From: an uncultured Candidatus Saccharibacteria bacterium
GTDB taxonomy: Bacteria > Patescibacteriota > Minisyncoccia > Minisyncoccales > PWPS01
DNA: 56,576 nt
Direction of reading: 5' to 3'
Assembly: GCA_964460255.1 (NCBI GenBank)
Contig: CAYWPY010000001.1
Coordinates: forward strand, 1-56,576
The notes beneath the pieces were generated by a model. That model did no database searches. It saw nothing but the letters and a program-made list of their open reading frames with translations, and was not told the origin of the DNA. This document shows positions 1-8,632 of this stretch, in pieces. Made by a program: the position numbers and the translations under genes. The first letter of the stretch is position 1. Each line of letters begins with the position of its first letter.

Positions 1-6
1 AAGAAA

Positions 7-693
7 TTGAAAAGAATGAGTAATTTACTTATTGAAAACGGTTTACTTTTCCTTTTATTTATTTTTCTAAATTTTTACTCTACTTTTTTCTGGAAGAAAG
101 CATTACCCGCCGGAATTTATACTTATTTAATGTTTCCCGGAGTTGTTCTTCACGAGATATTTCATACGGTCGGTTGTCTGTTAACCGGAGCAAAAATTAA
201 AAAAGTAAAATTATTTTCAAAAAAGGGAGGGTTCGTTAAGCATAAAAAGCCAAAATTACCATTAATTGGTCAAGTCATTATTTCTTTAGCTCCGCTTTTT
301 GGTGGAGTTTTATTTTTACAGCTATTTCTTTTCAGTCTAAACTTTGAGCTCTCAGCTTTTTCTCTTGATTATATTTTTTCTAAAATCAATCAAACTTTCA
401 TTGAGAATTATAAAAATTGGCAGTTTTGGGTTTTTCTATATTTTACGATTAGCATTATTATAAATGTGATTCCTTCTCGAAAGGATCTTAAGAATTCATT
501 TAAAGGGTTATTAGTTTTATTTTTTATAGTTTTATTTTTAATTTATTTTGGTTTATTTACCAATCTGATTTTGGCTTCTTTAAAGGTTTTAAAGGGCTTG
601 CTATCAGCTGGATTACTGTTTTCAATAATTAGTTTAGGGTTGGGCTTGCTATCCAGTTTTATTTCTCTTTTAGTGCAAAAAATAATTGATTGA
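7..693 (+). CDS. M50 (site-2 protease)-like intramembrane zinc metalloprotease, small form
   Basis: 228-aa ORF with at least 5 hydrophobic segments. HEIFH (HExxH) lies in a hydrophobic segment and is followed by TGAKIKKVKLFSKKGG, the pattern of M50 proteases. Later NVIPSRKDL resembles the M50 NxxPxxxLDG motif. The frame is open to the left window edge, so the start (TTG 7, ATG 16 or upstream) is uncertain. Confidence 0.55.
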   Translation: MKRMSNLLIENGLLFLLFIFLNFYSTFFWKKALPAGIYTYLMFPGVVLHEIFHTVGCLLTGAKIKKVKLFSKKGGFVKHKKPKLPLIGQVIISLAPLFGGVLFLQLFLFSLNFELSAFSLDYIFSKINQTFIENYKNWQFWVFLYFTISIIINVIPSRKDLKNSFKGLLVLFFIVLFLIYFGLFTNLILASLKVLKGLLSAGLLFSIISLGLGLLSSFISLLVQKIID

Positions 694-717
694 TAATTAT
701 AGTTTTTGTTGTATAAT
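690..717 (+). promoter_or_regulatory. sigma-70-type promoter candidate for the 25-aa ORF
   Basis: TTGATA (690-695), 16-nt spacer, TATAAT (712-717). It starts at the stop codon of the upstream gene and ends 22 nt before the ATG at 739. Confidence 0.4.
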
Positions 718-738
718 AAGAGTGGAGGTGGTTCAATT

Positions 739-816
739 ATGAAAAAAGTTTCTTTTTTTAAAAAATTGGCCATTGCAATTAAGGACGGTTTAAAAAATAT
801 CGGTTTATTGTACTAA
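739..816 (+). CDS. small ORF encoding a 25-aa cationic amphipathic peptide
   Basis: ATG 739 is preceded by GGAGGTG (724-730). Translation MKKVSFFKKLAIAIKDGLKNIGLLY has 6 Lys and 1 Asp, with charged and hydrophobic residues alternating at about 3.5-residue periodicity and no signal peptide. A strong terminator follows directly. The ORF is below the ORF-track length cut-off. Confidence 0.4.
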   Translation: MKKVSFFKKLAIAIKDGLKNIGLLY

Positions 817-823
817 GCTTAAA

Positions 824-844
824 GGGAGATTAAATCTCCCTTTT
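824..844 (+). terminator. rho-independent terminator
   Basis: GGGAGAT-TAA-ATCTCCC, a perfect 7-bp stem, followed by TTTT. Confidence 0.7.
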
Positions 845-855
845 ATATTATAAAA

Positions 856-1236
856 ATGATTAAAGATATAATTTTTGATTGGCAAGGAGTTTTAAGAAGC
901 GTAAAATTAAACAAGGGATTGCTTACCTGGATTGAAAAAAACAACCAATATGGCTTTTCAATTCTTTCTAATTACAGTGGAAATATAAAAGAGCAATTAA
1001 AACGGGTAGGGCGGTTTTCAAATTTTAAAGCAATAATAACTCCTCGTGAATATTCACTTTACAAACCGGACAAAGAGATTTTTAACATCCTTCTGAAAAA
1101 TATTGATAGAAAGGCTGATCAATGTCTTTTTGTAGATGATTCTTTAACCAACATAAATGCTGCGGATCAGTTAGGTTTTAAAACTATCCATTATAAAAAT
1201 AATTCTGATTTTTTTAACAAAATAGATAATTTATGA
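856..1236 (+). CDS. HAD-superfamily hydrolase-like protein, capless, atypical motif I
   Basis: 126-aa ORF. HAD motifs: I IIFDWQGVL (DxQ instead of DxD), II SILSN, III Lys in YKPDKEIF, IV FVDDS. There is almost no cap insertion between motifs I and II. Confidence 0.6.
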   Translation: MIKDIIFDWQGVLRSVKLNKGLLTWIEKNNQYGFSILSNYSGNIKEQLKRVGRFSNFKAIITPREYSLYKPDKEIFNILLKNIDRKADQCLFVDDSLTNINAADQLGFKTIHYKNNSDFFNKIDNL

Positions 1237-1607
1237 ATACTTCAATTGCCTTGGGAAAAATAATAGGATTATCATTTTTTCTAATCTCTATCTGCTTGAT
1301 AATAAATAAACGCGCTTTTCTTTCTTTTATGAATCTATCGAGATCCAAGGAGTTTACCCTTTGCTTGGGATTTTTATTTTCTTTTTTGGGGGTAATAGTT
1401 ATTTCAATACATAATATCTGGGAATTCAACTGGAAGGGATTAGTCACAATTTTAGGCTGGCTTTTTGTTGTTGAAGGTTTATTCAGAATTTTATTTATTG
1501 ACTTAGTGGTTGAATTATTTAAAACTAAGGATAGTTACTTGGCGATGAAGATGTCTTTAGCTTTAACTTTAATAATCGGAATTTATCTTATTTTAGTTAC
1601 CTTTTAA
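1233..1607 (+). CDS. membrane protein, unknown function
   Basis: 124-aa ORF with an ATGA overlap with the upstream gene and about 4 hydrophobic helices. No family recognised. Confidence 0.55.
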   Translation: MNTSIALGKIIGLSFFLISICLIINKRAFLSFMNLSRSKEFTLCLGFLFSFLGVIVISIHNIWEFNWKGLVTILGWLFVVEGLFRILFIDLVVELFKTKDSYLAMKMSLALTLIIGIYLILVTF

Positions 1608-1615
1608 TAAAAAAT

Positions 1616-2344
1616 ATGCTGGAAATAAAAAATTTAACAAAAAAATTCGGAAATTTTACGGCCGTCGATAATATATCACTGAAAGTAGGGAGGGGTGATT
1701 TCTTTTCAATAATCGGTCCCAACGGTTCAGGAAAAACGACAATAATAAAAAATATTTTAGGATTATTACACCCAACTGAAGGAGACATCTTGATAGATGG
1801 GATAAGCATTAAAGATGATCCCAAAAAAGCAAAGTCAAAGATAGGTTACATCCCCGATGAACCTAAAATATGGAATTATATCACCGGAGAAGAATTTTTA
1901 TTATTTTCCGGAGCTTTGTACGGAATGAAAAAAGAGGAAATAAAATCGAAAATACCGAAACTTATCTCAATTTTTGATTTGGAAAAAATAAGTAGAAAAT
2001 ATTTTCAAAATTATTCGCGCGGAAACAAGCAAAAATTTACAATTTTAGCCGCTCTTTTACATAATCCGCAATTAATTTTAATAGATGAACCGATTGTCGG
2101 TTTGGACCCCGATTCGGCTGAAAAGGCAATGGATCTTTTTTCGAAATTCGTAAAAGAAGGGGGCACGATCTTTATGGCTACTCACACACTGCCGGTTGCA
2201 GAAGAACATTCTTCAAAAGTAGGAGTACTTCATCAAGGAAAATTAGTTAAAGACGGAAAAATATCGGAATTGAAAAAAATTATCGGAGAAGAGGTTACTC
2301 TTTTGGATATTTATCATTATTTCAGTAAAAAAGAAAATGATTAA
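1616..2344 (+). CDS. ABC transporter ATP-binding protein
   Basis: Walker A GPNGSGKTT, signature-like YSRGNKQKF, Walker B LILIDEP, H-loop region MATHTL. Confidence 0.92.
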   Translation: MLEIKNLTKKFGNFTAVDNISLKVGRGDFFSIIGPNGSGKTTIIKNILGLLHPTEGDILIDGISIKDDPKKAKSKIGYIPDEPKIWNYITGEEFLLFSGALYGMKKEEIKSKIPKLISIFDLEKISRKYFQNYSRGNKQKFTILAALLHNPQLILIDEPIVGLDPDSAEKAMDLFSKFVKEGGTIFMATHTLPVAEEHSSKVGVLHQGKLVKDGKISELKKIIGEEVTLLDIYHYFSKKEND

Positions 2345-3971
2345 AGAAATATTTAAATATAATTTTAAAAAAATAAAAAGATATTTCAAAGAGAATAAAA
2401 AGGCCAGATTTTTAGTTGCCCTTTTAATGGTTGCGGCAATAATGATTTTATCTGCCGGGATCTACTTTTTAACTAAAAGAGGATTATTGGAAACTCAGGG
2501 AGGTTTAGATCCCTTTTTAAATAAAGCGATACCACTTTACATATATGAAATCTTTCTTTTGGTAATTACTTTTTTAATCTTTGTCAGTGCCTCAATTTTT
2601 GGGCTTTTTAATTTTTTCAGAAAAGAAAAGGATGGTTGGATTATAAGCTCACCTCAATATCAAAAATTAGCTTGGAGTAAATTAATACGAGGAATCATAG
2701 ACTCTGCGTGGCCGATAATAATAATTGCTATTCCTCTTTTACTTGCAATTAAATCGGTTTTTTCTTTAAGTTATCTATCTTTTTTTATTAGCTTTTTATC
2801 GGTTTTGATTTTATCCGTTTTTATCAGTGTCTTGGCCATTTCAATTATTTTTCTGGTTTCTTTACTTTTTAAGTTTTTAAATTTACACAATTTCAAGATA
2901 TTATTTTTTTCCGTAGGCTTAATTTGCTTATTTTTTGGAATTCTTATTTGGAGTAGAGTGGTCACCGTTGAACTCAATTCCTTATTCCAATTTGAAACTG
3001 CTCAAGCCGGGATTGAAGCCATAAGTGCTAATTTTTCAATTTTTCCCTCTCATCTAACCGCACTCAATATTTATCTATTACAAGAAGGTAATTTACCTGT
3101 TGCCGGTAAGTATCTTGGAATTTCTACATTATTTTTATTGATTTTAATTTTATTTTTTACTTTTCTAAAGTCAAAATATCTATACCTCTGGCAAATATTT
3201 CAAGAAGGTTACACGAAACCCAAAAAAAGTAACACTAAAAGAGGAGGGATACTGTTCAATCTATCAACTAAAAATATATTTTTTAAAAAAGAGCTTTTAA
3301 CCTTTTTAAGATCACCGGAAAATATTTTCTGGGCTTCTTTCTTATCTTTGTTGCTGTTTATTCAAGTAGGGGTAATTAATCTTCTTCAAAAATATATACA
3401 TCTTTCTGATCGGTTGTTTTTTGAAAATATAATTTCTTCTTTACAATTGGGAGTAGTCTTATTTTTTATAAGTACGATTATTTTACGCTTTGTGTTTCCT
3501 TCTTTTAGTCAAGAAGGAAATACTTCTTGGATTATAGGATCGGCACCGATTAATTTGAAAAGAATTTTTAACAAAAAATTTATTTTCTTCTCTCTTTTAA
3601 CTACTTTCATCTCTTTAATAGCTTTTTCACTTTACTTGGCTTTTATCCCGGTTGGTTGGCGAGTAGCTTTGATTTTTCCTTTAATTTTAATTATCGCTTG
3701 CTCAACATTAACCATAGTCGGCTTATCTTTTGGAATTGTATTTATTAATTTTCAAACTGATAATTTACAAAAATTAAGCACTTCCGGACCTGGAATCGGA
3801 TTTGTCTTGGTCTCTTTGCTCTACAGTTCACTCGCAGCCATTTCCGGTTATTATTTTCTACAAAACGACAACTATTTTGTTTTGGTTTTATTTTTATTAT
3901 TATCTATCCTTATCTATCTCTTGATTAAAAAATATGCTTTGAAATCTCTTAAAGAAGTGGAATTTCTCTAA
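2337..3971 (+). CDS. polytopic membrane protein, probable permease partner of the ABC ATPase
   Basis: 544-aa ORF overlapping the ATPase gene by 8 nt, with about 12 hydrophobic segments in two blocks. Family not recognised; the permease role is inferred from coupling. Confidence 0.6.
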   Translation: MIKEIFKYNFKKIKRYFKENKKARFLVALLMVAAIMILSAGIYFLTKRGLLETQGGLDPFLNKAIPLYIYEIFLLVITFLIFVSASIFGLFNFFRKEKDGWIISSPQYQKLAWSKLIRGIIDSAWPIIIIAIPLLLAIKSVFSLSYLSFFISFLSVLILSVFISVLAISIIFLVSLLFKFLNLHNFKILFFSVGLICLFFGILIWSRVVTVELNSLFQFETAQAGIEAISANFSIFPSHLTALNIYLLQEGNLPVAGKYLGISTLFLLILILFFTFLKSKYLYLWQIFQEGYTKPKKSNTKRGGILFNLSTKNIFFKKELLTFLRSPENIFWASFLSLLLFIQVGVINLLQKYIHLSDRLFFENIISSLQLGVVLFFISTIILRFVFPSFSQEGNTSWIIGSAPINLKRIFNKKFIFFSLLTTFISLIAFSLYLAFIPVGWRVALIFPLILIIACSTLTIVGLSFGIVFINFQTDNLQKLSTSGPGIGFVLVSLLYSSLAAISGYYFLQNDNYFVLVLFLLLSILIYLLIKKYALKSLKEVEFL

Positions 3972-3977
3972 AATAAA

Positions 3978-4015
3978 TTATCACTCTTGACAGTAGTCTG
4001 CTAATTTTCTATTAT
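3978..4015 (+). promoter_or_regulatory. CIRCE-like HrcA operator overlapping the hrcA promoter
   Basis: TTATCACTC-N9-GTCTGCTAA (3978-4004) versus the CIRCE consensus TTAGCACTC-N9-GAGTGCTAA (8/9 and 7/9). The N9 spacer begins with TTGACA (3987-3992), which with a 17-nt spacer pairs with TATTAT (4010-4015). Confidence 0.5.
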
Positions 4016-4079
4016 TAATCAGAAACTAATTCTGGTTTTTTCTTTATAGGAAAACACTGGAATTACTAAAAATAATTCC

Positions 4080-4817
4080 ATGGATATAACAAAAAGACAG
4101 CAACGGGTTTTAGAAATAGTTGTTGAGGAGTATATAAACCTCGGAGAGCCGATTAGCTCTCATCATATCGAAGAAAAGTACGACTTAGGGGTTTCTCCGG
4201 CAACAATAAGAAACGATCTAAAAAGCCTGGTAGAGAAGGGTTATCTCAATCAACCGCACACTTCGGCAGGGAGAGTTCCTTCGGATAAAGGTTATCGCTA
4301 CTTTGTTAATAAATTACTTAAAGTTAAGCAACAATTACACCAGAATAAAAATCTGGAAAAAAGAATAAGAAGTATTGAACGCCGAATGGATGATCAATTT
4401 AAGTTTTTAAGAGAATTAACCGGTTTTTTAGCCGGACTTTCCAGCTCTCTTACTTATTCTTATCTTGAGGACGGAGATATTTTTTGGAAGGAAGGATTTG
4501 AAGAAACTCTGCATCTTCCCGAGTTTGAAGACGTAAAAAAGATATATTCTTTTTTAAGTCTTGTAAAAGAGTTCGAAAGTAAGTTTGAAAAAGAATTCGT
4601 CAACGAAGTAAATAATAATCAAGTTAGAATTTATATTGGAGAAGAAAGCCCGTTAAAAAATAAGGATTTTTCGATTATTGTTTCTTGCTATCCGTTATCG
4701 AAAAATAAAAAAGGATTTTTAGCAATTTTAGGACCGAAAAGAATGCATTACGATAAAAATATTAATTTAATAAATTCATTAGTAAAGTTATTGGATAACG
4801 GTTATGAACAAGAATAA
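4080..4817 (+). CDS. hrcA: heat-inducible transcription repressor HrcA (short form)
   Basis: The N-terminal winged-helix region matches HrcA (SPATIRNDLKSLVEKGYLNQPHTSAGRVPSDKGYRYFV). It is the first gene of an hrcA-grpE-dnaK-dnaJ series. At 245 aa it is about 100 aa shorter than typical HrcA. Confidence 0.85.
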   Translation: MDITKRQQRVLEIVVEEYINLGEPISSHHIEEKYDLGVSPATIRNDLKSLVEKGYLNQPHTSAGRVPSDKGYRYFVNKLLKVKQQLHQNKNLEKRIRSIERRMDDQFKFLRELTGFLAGLSSSLTYSYLEDGDIFWKEGFEETLHLPEFEDVKKIYSFLSLVKEFESKFEKEFVNEVNNNQVRIYIGEESPLKNKDFSIIVSCYPLSKNKKGFLAILGPKRMHYDKNINLINSLVKLLDNGYEQE

Positions 4818-5283
4818 TAGAGAAAAAAAAGAATTAGAAGAGAATATTGAAAAAATAAAAAAAGAAAGGGATGAATATTTAAACGGTTGGAAAAGAGCTC
4901 GTGCGGATTTTGTCAATTATAAAAAAAAGCAAGAGTCAAAAATTATTGAGGCTAAAAAAAGAGAAAGAAGAAAAATGATCCTTGACTTTTTAGAGATTTT
5001 GGATAATTTTTATCTGGCGGAAAAGAATATTCCCGAAGATGAACAAAATGATTATTTGCTTGGTCTTTTAAACATCAAAAAGCAAATTATCAATATATTA
5101 AAAAATTACGGAGTAGAAGAAATAAAAACCGTAGGGGAAGAATTTGACCCCAATTTACACGAGGCGGTTGCCATGGTGGATGTAGAAGAGGAAGAAAATA
5201 ATAAAATAGTTGAAGAAATTAATAAAGGCTATCTCTTAAACGGAGAACTTTTGCGTCCCGCAAAAGTAAAAGTAGCTAAATAA
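4804..5283 (+). CDS. grpE: nucleotide exchange factor GrpE
   Basis: 159 aa with a 14-nt overlap with hrcA. GrpE-like RARADFVNYKKK and C-terminal FDPNLHEAV...GYLLNGELLRPAKVKV. Confidence 0.9.
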   Translation: MNKNNREKKELEENIEKIKKERDEYLNGWKRARADFVNYKKKQESKIIEAKKRERRKMILDFLEILDNFYLAEKNIPEDEQNDYLLGLLNIKKQIINILKNYGVEEIKTVGEEFDPNLHEAVAMVDVEEEENNKIVEEINKGYLLNGELLRPAKVKVAK

Positions 5284-5340
5284 AAATTTAACCGACGAAT
5301 AGTAAAAACTGGTTTCAGTTGATAGCTATTGGTCAAAAAA

Positions 5341-7233
5341 ATGAGTAAAATTTTAGGAATAGATTTAGGAACTACTTTTTCAGCAATGGCTGTTGTTGAA
5401 GGAGGAGATCCAAAAGTATTGGAAAATAAAGAAGGAGAGAGAACCACCCCTTCCGTAATTGCAATGAGTAAAAAAGGAGAGCGACTGGTTGGTTCGATTG
5501 CCAGAAGACAACAGGTTACCAACCCGGAAAACACTATTTTTGCCGCTAAAAGATTAATTGGCCGACATTACAATAGTGATGAAGTTCAAAAAAGTAAAAA
5601 GAATCTACCTTACGAAATTCGAAATGAAAAAGATGGGGAAGGAGTAGAAATTAAGTTTAACGAAAAATGGAGAAAGGTTCCCGAAATATCAGCAATGGTT
5701 CTTCAAAAATTGAAAAAAGACGCAGAAGAAAAAGTAGGGGAGGAGATTAAAAAGGCGATAATTACCGTCCCCGCATATTTTAATGATTCGCAAAGAAAAG
5801 CAACCAAAGTAGCCGGGGAAATTGCCGGATTTGAAGTTGAAAGAGTAATTAACGAACCTACTGCCGCCGCCTTAGCTTACGGATTAAATAAAAAACAAGA
5901 CAAGAAAATATTGGTTTATGACTTTGGAGGTGGTACTTTTGATGTATCCGTTTTAGAAGTGGGTGATGATACTATTGAAGTAAAAGCCAGTGGAGGTGAT
6001 AGTTATTTGGGAGGTGAAGATTTTGATAATGAAATATTCGATTGGATGGTAGAAAAGTTTAAAAATGAAAACGGAATAGATCTCTCAAAAGATAAATTAG
6101 CACTACAAAGATTAAAAGAAGCAGCTGAAAAAGCAAAAATAGAATTATCATCAACTAAAAAAGCAGAAATAAATATACCTTTCGTAACTTCTGACGAGGA
6201 AGGTCCTAAACATTTAAACTACAGTCTTTCCAGATCAAAATTTGAAGATTTAGTTGCTAAATATGTTGATAAATCAATAGAGATGACTAAAAAGACAATG
6301 AAAGAATCGGGAATAAGTAATGATAAGATTGATGAAATTATTTTGGTCGGTGGTCAAACTAGAACTCCTTTAATCCAAGAAAAGATTAAAGAAGTTTTTA
6401 ATAAAGAACCGAATAAAGAAATTAACCCGGATGAAGTAGTTGCAATCGGTGCCGCCGTTCAAGGAGGAATTATGAGCGGAGACGTGAAAGATGTTTTGCT
6501 TTTGGACGTTACCCCTCTTTCACTGGGAATAGAAACCTTAGGTGGTAGATTTACAAAATTAATTGATAAAAATACCACTATCCCCACTTCGGAAACAGAA
6601 ACTTTCTCTACGGCGGCAAACAATCAAACATCAGTTCAAATTAATGTGCTTCAAGGAGAGCGACCGATGGCAAAAGACAATAAATCTTTAGGTCAATTTA
6701 TTTTAGACGGAATTCCACCGGCACCGCGAGGAGTTCCTCAAATTGAGGTTCAATTCGATATCGATGCCAATGGAATACTGAACGTTTCCGCAAAAGACAA
6801 GGGGACCGGAAAAGAACAATCAATTAAGATTCAGGGTTCTTGCGGTATCTCCGATGAAGAAGTAGAGAGGATGAAGAAAGAAGCTGAAGAACACGCTGAA
6901 GAAGACCAAAAGAAAGAAAAACTGCTTGACGCTAAAACTGCTGCCGAATCATTAATTTACAGCTTTGAAAAAACTAAAAAAGATCTTGGAGATGATTTTC
7001 CTGAAGAAAAACTACAAGAAATAGAAAAAGAAATTAATGAACTTAAAGAAATAAAAGAAACGGATGATACGGAGAAAGCGGAAGAGATTGAGAAAAAAAC
7101 AGAAGAAGTATCCGAAAGACTACAAAAAATTGGAGCTGAAATGTATAAAAAGCAAGCTGAAAAAGAAAATAAAAAAGAAACAGAAACTACAGAGGAGGAA
7201 GAGGTTGAAGAAGGGGAGGTTGAGGAAGAATAA
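5341..7233 (+). CDS. dnaK: molecular chaperone DnaK (Hsp70)
   Basis: [30 protein letters not shown], and a substrate-binding domain with an acidic C-terminal tail. The ORF track starts at TTG 5329; ATG 5341 gives the canonical [13 protein letters not shown]-terminus. Confidence 0.97.
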   Translation: MSKILGIDLGTTFSAMAVVEGGDPKVLENKEGERTTPSVIAMSKKGERLVGSIARRQQVTNPENTIFAAKRLIGRHYNSDEVQKSKKNLPYEIRNEKDGEGVEIKFNEKWRKVPEISAMVLQKLKKDAEEKVGEEIKKAIITVPAYFNDSQRKATKVAGEIAGFEVERVINEPTAAALAYGLNKKQDKKILVYDFGGGTFDVSVLEVGDDTIEVKASGGDSYLGGEDFDNEIFDWMVEKFKNENGIDLSKDKLALQRLKEAAEKAKIELSSTKKAEINIPFVTSDEEGPKHLNYSLSRSKFEDLVAKYVDKSIEMTKKTMKESGISNDKIDEIILVGGQTRTPLIQEKIKEVFNKEPNKEINPDEVVAIGAAVQGGIMSGDVKDVLLLDVTPLSLGIETLGGRFTKLIDKNTTIPTSETETFSTAANNQTSVQINVLQGERPMAKDNKSLGQFILDGIPPAPRGVPQIEVQFDIDANGILNVSAKDKGTGKEQSIKIQGSCGISDEEVERMKKEAEEHAEEDQKKEKLLDAKTAAESLIYSFEKTKKDLGDDFPEEKLQEIEKEINELKEIKETDDTEKAEEIEKKTEEVSERLQKIGAEMYKKQAEKENKKETETTEEEEVEEGEVEEE

Positions 7234-7240
7234 ATTTTAA

Positions 7241-7268
7241 ACCCGAAAGCCCCTTCTTTCGGGTTTTT
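7241..7268 (+). terminator. rho-independent terminator after dnaK
   Basis: CCCGAAAG-CCCCTT-CTTTCGGG stem-loop followed by TTTTT. Confidence 0.7.
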
Positions 7269-7289
7269 ACTAGTTATAATCAGTAATTT

Positions 7290-8378
7290 ATGAGTGAAGA
7301 TTATTACGACATACTGGGAGTATCAAAAGATGCCAGTCAGGAGGAGATTAAAAAAGCTTATCGAAAATTAGCTCACAAACATCATCCCGATAAAGGTGGT
7401 GATGAAGAAGAGTTTAAGAAGGTTAATAAAGCTTATCAAACTCTTTCCGATAAAGAAAAAAGAAAGCAATACGACCGTTTTGGAAAAGCAAACGGAGGCT
7501 TTGGCGGTGGGTTCAATGGTTATCAGTCATCCGGATTTAATGGTGATTTTAACGCTCAAGATTTGGGAGATATTTTTGGTGAATTTTTTGGGGGAGGTTT
7601 TGGTGGATTTTCAAGAAATACTAATCAGAAAAGAGAAAGAAAAGGAGAAAGCATCAAGATAAATATATCAATTAGTCTTCAAGAAGCTTTTACCGGAACC
7701 GTAAAAAAGAAATCAATTAAAAAACGAAATAGATGTGATCGTTGTGATGGCTCGGGAGCAGAACCGGGAGCCGGTAAGAAAACTTGTCCCGATTGTGACG
7801 GAACCGGATTTACGCAAACTCGTAGAAAAACATTTTTAGGAACAATTTCTCAAAAATCAACATGTAATACCTGTAATGGTTCGGGTGAAATTCCCAAAAA
7901 AGAATGTAATAAATGTAATGGTAACGGTTGGGTAGAAAGTATTAAGGAATTAAAAATAAAAATTCCGGCAGGAATAAAGTCAAATCAGACAATCAGATTA
8001 TCGGGTAAAGGGCAAGCAATTAAGGGAGGAACACCCGGAGATTTACTGGTAGAAGTAAGGGTTAAAAATAATAGTCAGTTTACTAGAAAAGGAGATGATC
8101 TTCATCTTGAAAAAGAGATAACTTACAGTCAGGCGGTGCTTGGTGACTCAGTCGAAATACCCGTTTTTAACGAAAAGGGGGAATTAAAGAAAGTTAAACT
8201 AAAAATTCCAAAAGGCTCCAAATCCGGTAAAGTCATAAAATTATCAAACAAGGGAATGCCGACACTTTCCGGATATAAACGTGGTGATTTATACATTAAG
8301 TTAATCATCAAAGTTCCCCAAAAAATAAGCAGAAAACAGAAAAATTTAATTAATAATTTAAAAAAAGAAGGGCTTTAA
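7290..8378 (+). CDS. dnaJ: co-chaperone DnaJ
   Basis: J-domain HPD ([12 protein letters not shown]), a G/F-rich linker, and four CxxCxGxG repeats ([32 protein letters not shown]). Confidence 0.95.
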   Translation: MSEDYYDILGVSKDASQEEIKKAYRKLAHKHHPDKGGDEEEFKKVNKAYQTLSDKEKRKQYDRFGKANGGFGGGFNGYQSSGFNGDFNAQDLGDIFGEFFGGGFGGFSRNTNQKRERKGESIKINISISLQEAFTGTVKKKSIKKRNRCDRCDGSGAEPGAGKKTCPDCDGTGFTQTRRKTFLGTISQKSTCNTCNGSGEIPKKECNKCNGNGWVESIKELKIKIPAGIKSNQTIRLSGKGQAIKGGTPGDLLVEVRVKNNSQFTRKGDDLHLEKEITYSQAVLGDSVEIPVFNEKGELKKVKLKIPKGSKSGKVIKLSNKGMPTLSGYKRGDLYIKLIIKVPQKISRKQKNLINNLKKEGL

Positions 8379-8379
8379 T

Positions 8380-8408
8380 TTGACAAAAAAATAAATTAGT
8401 TATATAAT
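8380..8408 (+). promoter_or_regulatory. perfect-consensus sigma-70 promoter motif immediately after dnaJ
   Basis: TTGACA (8380-8385), 17-nt spacer, TATAAT (8403-8408). Only about 28 nt separate it from the terminator hairpin at 8436. Confidence 0.35.
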
Positions 8409-8435
8409 AGGGACACTCAATTTAAAGACCTTTTT

Positions 8436-8465
8436 ATCGGGGAGTTTTTTACTCTCCGATTTTTT
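8436..8465 (+). terminator. rho-independent terminator (dnaJ operon end and/or short transcript end)
   Basis: ATCGGGGAGT-TTTTT-ACTCTCCGAT, a 10-bp stem with one G-T pair, followed by TTTTT. Confidence 0.7.
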
Positions 8466-8468
8466 ATT

Positions 8469-8497
8469 TTGACTTTTTTTACAAAAGAGTATATAGT
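8469..8497 (+). promoter_or_regulatory. promoter candidate for tRNA-Lys
   Basis: TTGACT (8469-8474), 17-nt spacer, TATAGT (8492-8497), about 20 nt upstream of the tRNA 5' end. Confidence 0.5.
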
Positions 8498-8517
8498 AGA
8501 CAATGAAAGTAATAAAT

Positions 8518-8590
8518 GCGTCCGTAGCTCAGTTGGTAGAGCAGCTCCCTTTTAAGGAGAAGGTCGAGGGTTCAAATCCTTCCGGACGCA
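8518..8590 (+). tRNA. tRNA-Lys (anticodon UUU)
   Basis: 73-nt cloverleaf folded by hand: acceptor GCGTCCG/CGGACGC, D-arm GCTC-AGTTGGTA-GAGC, anticodon arm GCTCC-CTTTTAA-GGAGA (loop C-U-UUU-A-A), T-arm GAGGG-TTCAAAT-CCTTC, discriminator A. No encoded CCA. Confidence 0.9.
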
Positions 8591-8632
8591 CATACAAAAC
8601 CCTCCTTGAATAAAGGGGGGTTAATTTTAACC

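Noticed and set aside
5329-5340. TTG start giving a four-residue N-terminal extension on DnaK
   Set aside because: ATG 5341 yields the canonical [13 protein letters not shown]-terminus, and nothing supports the extension.
7396-7662. 88-aa alternative-frame ORF inside dnaJ
   Set aside because: It lies within the G/F-rich region of a complete dnaJ. It has no independent signals and is a frame artefact.
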